64,000 nt of DNA from Rubripirellula sp. (GTDB lineage: Bacteria; Planctomycetota; Planctomycetia; Pirellulales; Pirellulaceae), in the NCBI GenBank assembly GCA_965216875.1, contig OZ244207.1, positions 3,520,001 to 3,584,000 of the forward strand, written 5' to 3'. Shown piece after piece: positions 58,697 through 64,000 of the stretch (its first letter is position 1; every line of letters begins with the position of its first letter). Position numbers and translations under genes: made by a program. The notes below the pieces were generated by a model. The model was not told where the DNA came from and searched no databases. It saw nothing but the letters and a program-made list of their open reading frames with translations.

Positions 58697-59845
58697 ATGC
58701 ACTCGAAACAACCACAACTGAGCCGATTCACAAAAGGCAAACAGCGTCAGGGGGCTGCCGCCGTCTTTGGCGTCGTGCTCATGCTAAGCCTGATCGCGTT
58801 GATGGCGTTCACACTCGATTACGGCAACATCTACGTTGCCCAAACCGAACTGCGCCGCTCTGCCGATTCGTCCGCGATGGCCGCCTGCTGGGAACTCTTT
58901 GACGGCCAAGTCGAAGACGATCCCATGTCGGTCATTGAATGCGAAGTCGCGGTGGCCGCCAACCAAATGGCGACCGCCAACACCGTCGGCAGCGACGAAC
59001 TTTCGTTCGCAACCAATGACGTGGAACTGGGGACCTACGACGCCAGCCAGCCGGGTGATTTTGACACCACCGACCCGTCCACCTTCAACGCCGTTCGCGT
59101 GACGTTGCGGCGGCAAACCGGATCCAACGGTGAATTGCCGCTGTTCTTCGGTGACATCACTGGAGTCGACAGCCAATCGCTGCACATTTCGGCAACCGCA
59201 GCGATGCTCAACACGGTCGAAGGCTTTTACGATCCGGCACAGACCAATTCGAACATTGAATTGTTGCCAATCGCGTTGGACCTGCCGAGTTGGCTCGACG
59301 CCCTCGCCAATGCGACCGACGATGACTACGCCTATGCCGACGGCGTCGTCTCCAATGGTTCGGACGGCATCTTTGAAACCAACCTTTATCCAAAGGGGAC
59401 CGGTCTGCCGGGCAACCGAGGCACCGTCGATATTGGTGGCGCCAACAACAGTACCGCCGACCTTGCTCGCCAAATTCTTCATGGCATTTCAGCGCAAGAC
59501 TATGTCGACCTCGGGAAGCCGCTTCAATTGGATGAGAACGGTGAACTTGAACTCAACGGTGACACAGGAATCAGCGCCGGCATCAAAGACGAACTGGCGA
59601 CCCTGATTGGCAAGACGCGGATCATCCCGATCTATTCATCCGCCTCGGGCAACGGCAACAACGCGATGTTCACCATCGTCCGTTTCGAAGGCGTTCGCAT
59701 CTTGGATGTGAAGCTCACCGGCAAGAAAGACCAAAAGCGCGTCATAATCCAGCCCGCAAAGGTGCTGGCCCGCGGCGCGATCATCGACTACACCGGCACG
59801 CGCACAAGCAGCCACCTCGTGACCCCCGTCATGCTCGTCCAGTAG
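58697..59845 (+). CDS. TadG-like (Tad domain) pilus-associated protein
   Basis: RQGAAAV + TM + LDYG....QTELRRSADSSAMA; AVRVT; LPLFFG. Confidence 0.85.
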   Translation: MHSKQPQLSRFTKGKQRQGAAAVFGVVLMLSLIALMAFTLDYGNIYVAQTELRRSADSSAMAACWELFDGQVEDDPMSVIECEVAVAANQMATANTVGSDELSFATNDVELGTYDASQPGDFDTTDPSTFNAVRVTLRRQTGSNGELPLFFGDITGVDSQSLHISATAAMLNTVEGFYDPAQTNSNIELLPIALDLPSWLDALANATDDDYAYADGVVSNGSDGIFETNLYPKGTGLPGNRGTVDIGGANNSTADLARQILHGISAQDYVDLGKPLQLDENGELELNGDTGISAGIKDELATLIGKTRIIPIYSSASGNGNNAMFTIVRFEGVRILDVKLTGKKDQKRVIIQPAKVLARGAIIDYTGTRTSSHLVTPVMLVQ

Positions 59846-59875
59846 CGAGTCCACCCTTTCAACGAAGGCAAAATC

Positions 59876-60286
59876 ATGTTTCGCAAACACCAACAACGAC
59901 AGCGTGGGGTCGCGGCCGTCGAATTCGCAATGATCGCACCGCTGATGATCCTGTTTACCTTTGCCATGGTCGAAATCGGCAGGTTCATGATCGTCAAAGA
60001 AGCAGCCACGCACGCGAGCCGTGAGGGAGCCAGAATGGCGGTGCGACCCGCGGCGACGGTCGACGAAGTGATCTCGCGAGTCAATGACGAACTTGCGGTC
60101 CTCTCGATCAACGAAGCGACCATCACCATCGACCCGCCGCAACTCGAAAACGCGCAGCCAGGCGAGATGGTGACCGTCTCGATTTCGATAGCGCCCGAAA
60201 CGATCAGTTGGACCTCGGGCGTTTTTGAGCTCGAGATCGCACAAATCGTCGCCGAATCGACCATGCGCCGCGAAAGCACTAATTGA
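59876..60286 (+). CDS. TadE-like pseudopilin
   Basis: RGVAAVEFAMIAP...EIGR...ASREGAR. Confidence 0.9.
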   Translation: MFRKHQQRQRGVAAVEFAMIAPLMILFTFAMVEIGRFMIVKEAATHASREGARMAVRPAATVDEVISRVNDELAVLSINEATITIDPPQLENAQPGEMVTVSISIAPETISWTSGVFELEIAQIVAESTMRRESTN

Positions 60287-60709
60287 ACTTCACAGGTTCT
60301 AGTCGAGAGGGGATCACCTCGCGCGAAGACGCTCGAAACGCAAAGTTTGAATAGGGGCTTTGCACTTCGGCGCCTTCGCGTGAGGATCCCTTCACGAGCC
60401 CTGTGAGCGGCCGCCGGATCTGCGACAGCCCGTCGAACTCTCCGAGCCGGAAACTCGAGTACGAGTACCGCTCTGCTGAGTACGAGCACGATCCATTGCC
60501 TCGCGCCACGCCCTATTCTCAGTCTCCTCGGTGTCCTCTTTGGCTCCTTCCATAGTCTGGAGTTCACAGACTGAGCGACCTGTGGCTCCGCAGGAGCGTC
60601 GCCCTCCCATTGTCGGCCTCGTGCTTTTCTTCGCGCAGTAGCAATCGACCGTTGGGCTCTTGCATTGGAGAAACAGCTACCTCTCCTACTCGCGCCGAGA
60701 ATCAACCGA

Positions 60710-61048
60710 ATGTCTCTCCCACCGATCATTGGCTACATCCTCGTGGCAGCATTTGGCGCTGGACTCATGCTGCCAATTGCATTGGCTGCCAGAGGCCAAC
60801 GGCATCGCCCAGGGGCAATTGCCGGCCTGATCGTCGGAATGGGATTGAGTGTTCCAGCAGGACTAGTTGCCGGGATCTTTTTGTGGAGTCTCTTTGAAGA
60901 GGCGACCTCCCTGCCGTTAGCATTCTTGATCTTCTACTGTCCACTGATCGGCTCTTTTGTGGGCACCTACGCAGTCGCCATCCTCACGCGAGAGGCGGGT
61001 GCAGTGATTGCGGTAGCGAGCGACCGAATCCAACGGCGTGCGAGATAA
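60710..61048 (+). CDS. Small membrane protein flanked by inverted repeat elements
   Basis: Three hydrophobic segments. Confidence 0.5.
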   Translation: MSLPPIIGYILVAAFGAGLMLPIALAARGQRHRPGAIAGLIVGMGLSVPAGLVAGIFLWSLFEEATSLPLAFLIFYCPLIGSFVGTYAVAILTREAGAVIAVASDRIQRRAR

Positions 61049-61403
61049 TACCCGCCTTGGATGAGGACGCTTGTTCCTACTCGTACTCAGCAGAGCGGTA
61101 CTCGTACTCGAATTTCCGTCTCGGTGTCCTCTGTGGCTCCGTCTGGAGCTCACAGACCGAGCGACTGGAGTCTCCGCAGGAGCGTCGCCCTCCCGAAATC
61201 GCGCGTCCCGCTTGTCTCGCGCGTCTTCCGCTCACTTTCACTTTGACTTGACGCACAGGTGTGCGGGGCTGACACGCCTTGAGTGGCAAATCCGATTCAT
61301 TCGGAGTCGGATTGGGGCCGAAGTGGTTTGGTACGAGCCTTGCACGCAATTCGTCGTGCACAACGACCTCGGAAGCAACCATCCATTCATGCGAGGTGGC
61401 ACG

Positions 61404-62237
61404 ATGAAGACGGCATCCAACAACACTCGTCGTTATGAAATCGTTCATTGGCTTTGGCTTTGGGTTTTGGCCGCCATGGCGATCACGGCACTCGTCCGGC
61501 ACGCATCCGGCTCGCCGCCGCCACTGCCGATGCTTCCCAAAGGGGATGCCGATGCGGTCACCCCGATGCCGATTCCCATGCCCAACGTCGATCGGCCTGA
61601 TCTGTTTCGCTTCCCGACCGTTGTGGCGCCCATCGCAATCGACGACGTGTTGGACATGAACCGAAGAGGTCAATGGACCGATGCGATCGATGCCTGGGAT
61701 CAAGTCCCCGTTACCGACGATTCGGTGGTGTGGAAAGAGGTCGGCGTGGCAGTCGCCTTTCTAAGACTCAACCAACCCGAGTCGGCTCACCATCACCTCA
61801 ACTTGGCGATGCAGCAAGAAACCGACAACGCTGTCGTGCATTACTTGCTGGGCCGCGTCTACCAAGCGAAGAGTCGCCAAGTCCCCTTCTGGTATGACAT
61901 CGATGATAAGAATCCGTTCCGCTTTGCGGTCGCGGGCTCAAACGAAGTGATCGTGCCGCCCACGCGCGAGCCAAGTGAACGCGGAGGCGTCTTCCTGCCA
62001 CAACTACGGTACCTGCAGTACGACAAACAGGCTCACCGTCACTTCCAACGAGCCGCCGAACTGGCGCCCAAGTTCCGCATGGACCGCGTCATTCATGTCA
62101 TTCCAACCCCCATGACGATGATTGACTCGCCATCGGCCTTCACCGGTCCCGTCACGGTTTACCAACTCCTCGACTCAGTCGGTGAAACCGACTTCGAGAC
62201 CAAGATCGAACGAGAGATTGTCGGAGTATCAATCTAG
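61404..62237 (+). CDS. TPR-containing membrane-anchored protein
   Basis: N-terminal TM segment, Pro-rich linker, NAVVHYLLGRVY; GAGG upstream. Confidence 0.7.
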   Translation: MKTASNNTRRYEIVHWLWLWVLAAMAITALVRHASGSPPPLPMLPKGDADAVTPMPIPMPNVDRPDLFRFPTVVAPIAIDDVLDMNRRGQWTDAIDAWDQVPVTDDSVVWKEVGVAVAFLRLNQPESAHHHLNLAMQQETDNAVVHYLLGRVYQAKSRQVPFWYDIDDKNPFRFAVAGSNEVIVPPTREPSERGGVFLPQLRYLQYDKQAHRHFQRAAELAPKFRMDRVIHVIPTPMTMIDSPSAFTGPVTVYQLLDSVGETDFETKIEREIVGVSI

Positions 62238-62259
62238 GCAGTCGCGCGGTCACCCCGTT

Positions 62260-62415
62260 CGCTCCACCTTCTGGCGAAGGTAGCTACGGTTGCCGTACCG
62301 CCTTCAGGGGCTCGTGAGCCGAACGCGCTAGCGTCGGGCCTCGAGGTCATGATTCATCGTCACCATGCTCGCCAGACCGCGAAGATTCCGGCTAAAGCTC
62401 GGTACTACGAACTTG
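62260..62415. repeat. REP mosaic
   Basis: ccaccttctggcgaaggtagctac; gagccgaacgcgctagcgtcgggcc; gattccggctaaagctcggtactacgaac. Confidence 0.8.
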
Positions 62416-62426
62416 CTGGCGAGAAT

Positions 62427-63647
62427 TCATCTCAACGATTCGACGACGCCTCGCAGAACGAGTTGCCGGATCCAGCGATCGTCCCAGGCAAACATCAACT
62501 TCGAAAGCGGATCGACCAAACCCTCTAGCCAATCGATCTCGGGGCGAATCACCAACACGTCGGCCGACGCACCCGCTTTGAGTTGACCGACATCATGCCA
62601 ACCCATCGCGCGCGCATTCCCCGTGGTGATCGTGTGCCAGGCGGTGGCGGCATCGGGGTAGCCTTCATCGATTGTCGACGCCGCCTCGATCATTGCTCGC
62701 GCGACGCGCACCATTGAACGTTCGTAGCCTGCGCCAATGTCACTTCCGAGTGTGATGCCGAGGCCTTCCTCGATCCAGCGCCGGCGGGGCATCGTCCCGC
62801 TTCGCAGAAACGTGTTTGCCGTCGGACAGTGCGCGATCATTGACTGGGATCGCTTGAGTCGTTGGCGTTCGTCTTCGCAAAGATGGATGCCATGCCCCAG
62901 CACGGTACGTGGTCCAAGCAACCCCGCATCGTCATAGACCGACGTGTAGTTTTTTGAATCGGGAAACGTGCGTTTGACCAATTCACATTCCGCAACCGTC
63001 TCGGCCAAATGCGTTTGCACCACAGCGCCGGTCTGTCGAGCAATCTCACCACATTGCTCGAGTAGCGTTGGGGTACAAGACACGGCAAACCGGGGCGTGA
63101 CGGCAGCAGACATCCGCGCGTCCGGTGGAAACTGACTCAACAGCTCGTGCGTCTGATCGACGAGCCGGGCTTCTTCGAAACAAAGCGGCTCGGGAGCTTC
63201 ACGATTGATCAGCGTTTGACCGATCACGCCCCGCATTCCCGCTGCGCCAGCCACTTCGATCGCCGCCAACGTCGCCTCGAAGTGTGCGGTCGCATAGGCT
63301 GCGATCGCCGTGGTTCCAACCGACTTCAACTCTGCAATCACTCGACGGGTCATGGCGCGAGCATACTCCGTATCGCCCCACTTTATCTCCGCAGGAAACG
63401 TCACCTCGTGAAGCCATTTCAAGAGCGGCATCCCGTGGGCGCCAATGATCTCGAACTGTGGCAAATGCAAATGCGTGTCAACAAAACCGGGCGTGATCAA
63501 ACAATCGTGTCCGCCCAAATCGGCTCCTTCCGCAATCGTTCCTTCCACGACCTCGGCGATCACGTCATCGTCGATTCGCACGTACCCAGGGACAAGTCGA
63601 CATCGATTGCCGACCTCTTCAACCAGCAATTGGCCCGTAATGATCAT
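62427..63647 (-). CDS. guaD: Guanine deaminase-like amidohydrolase
   Basis: PGFVDTHLHLPQ, TFPAE, TPRFA, QTHLAE, HCPTAN and GSDIG motifs. Confidence 0.8.
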   Translation of the reverse strand: MIITGQLLVEEVGNRCRLVPGYVRIDDDVIAEVVEGTIAEGADLGGHDCLITPGFVDTHLHLPQFEIIGAHGMPLLKWLHEVTFPAEIKWGDTEYARAMTRRVIAELKSVGTTAIAAYATAHFEATLAAIEVAGAAGMRGVIGQTLINREAPEPLCFEEARLVDQTHELLSQFPPDARMSAAVTPRFAVSCTPTLLEQCGEIARQTGAVVQTHLAETVAECELVKRTFPDSKNYTSVYDDAGLLGPRTVLGHGIHLCEDERQRLKRSQSMIAHCPTANTFLRSGTMPRRRWIEEGLGITLGSDIGAGYERSMVRVARAMIEAASTIDEGYPDAATAWHTITTGNARAMGWHDVGQLKAGASADVLVIRPEIDWLEGLVDPLSKLMFAWDDRWIRQLVLRGVVESLR

Positions 63648-63669
63648 CGTCGCCTCTCCCTCCTTGGAC

Positions 63670-64000
63670 TCAAGTCGCGTCGCCACGAGGCCCGTCATTC
63701 TCCTTGGCAACCAATCGGCTGCGATACCAAAGATTGATCGCAACCAGAACGACTCCCACCACGCCACCAAACACGCATCCCTGTGTTAGGCCCAGTCCAA
63801 TTCCGACCGCAACCGGATTGACCGCGGTTCCCGAGCCACCGAAAACCGCTTCGTAGTAGCCCGGCACGAACACGCCCAAGGCGCCACCGATCGCCAGCCC
63901 AATCAGCCCACCGACGGCCGCGCAGCCAAACACACATCCGGCGCACCAGACGAAAAGTCGTGTGCTGGGCGGTGGCGTCTCACTCGTAGCGCCAGGCGTT
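63670..64000 (-). CDS. Small membrane protein; start uncertain, possibly beyond the window
   Basis: Gly-rich TM segments with PGYYEAVF. Confidence 0.55.
   Translation of the reverse strand, partial: TPGATSETPPPSTRLFVWCAGCVFGCAAVGGLIGLAIGGALGVFVPGYYEAVFGGSGTAVNPVAVGIGLGLTQGCVFGGVVGVVLVAINLWYRSRLVAKENDGPRGDAT

Noticed and set aside
59788..60729. 313-aa minus-strand ORF
   Set aside because: It overlaps tadE antisense and repeat DNA (VLVLSRAVLVLE comes from the gagtac repeat). The N-terminal extension of 61071-62237 is rejected for the same reason.

Overview
GC-rich bacterial chromosome segment, most likely from a planctomycete (Pirellulaceae-like): it carries a PVC-type CxxCH heme protein, planctomycete-style signal motifs and a LEPR/DUF4347 giant adhesin. 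The main hidden structure is an integron-like gene-cassette array from about 1.1 to 22.2 kb. It holds about 30 short minus-strand ORFs separated by attC-like imperfect palindromes, mostly 88-92 bp. The array is headed by a putative attI site (22175-22194), a putative cassette promoter (TTGACA-17 bp-GAGAAT) and five copies of a GTGAGAATAC-like motif. No integrase gene is present; a mosaic of REP-like repeats sits where intI would be expected. The attC sites are best preserved near attI and decay with distance. The rest of the window holds core genes (TlpA-like, DUF4254, ilvC, ilvN, scpA, guaD-like), an EhpF/EhpG-like adenylation plus reductase pair, a five-gene MoxR-ATPase/bpX-type putative conflict system (35.4-43.8 kb), a 3039-aa repetitive adhesin, a c-di-GMP-I riboswitch heading a TadG/TadE-like operon, and many GTAG-type REP elements. 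All family calls come from motif recognition by eye, with no database searches.
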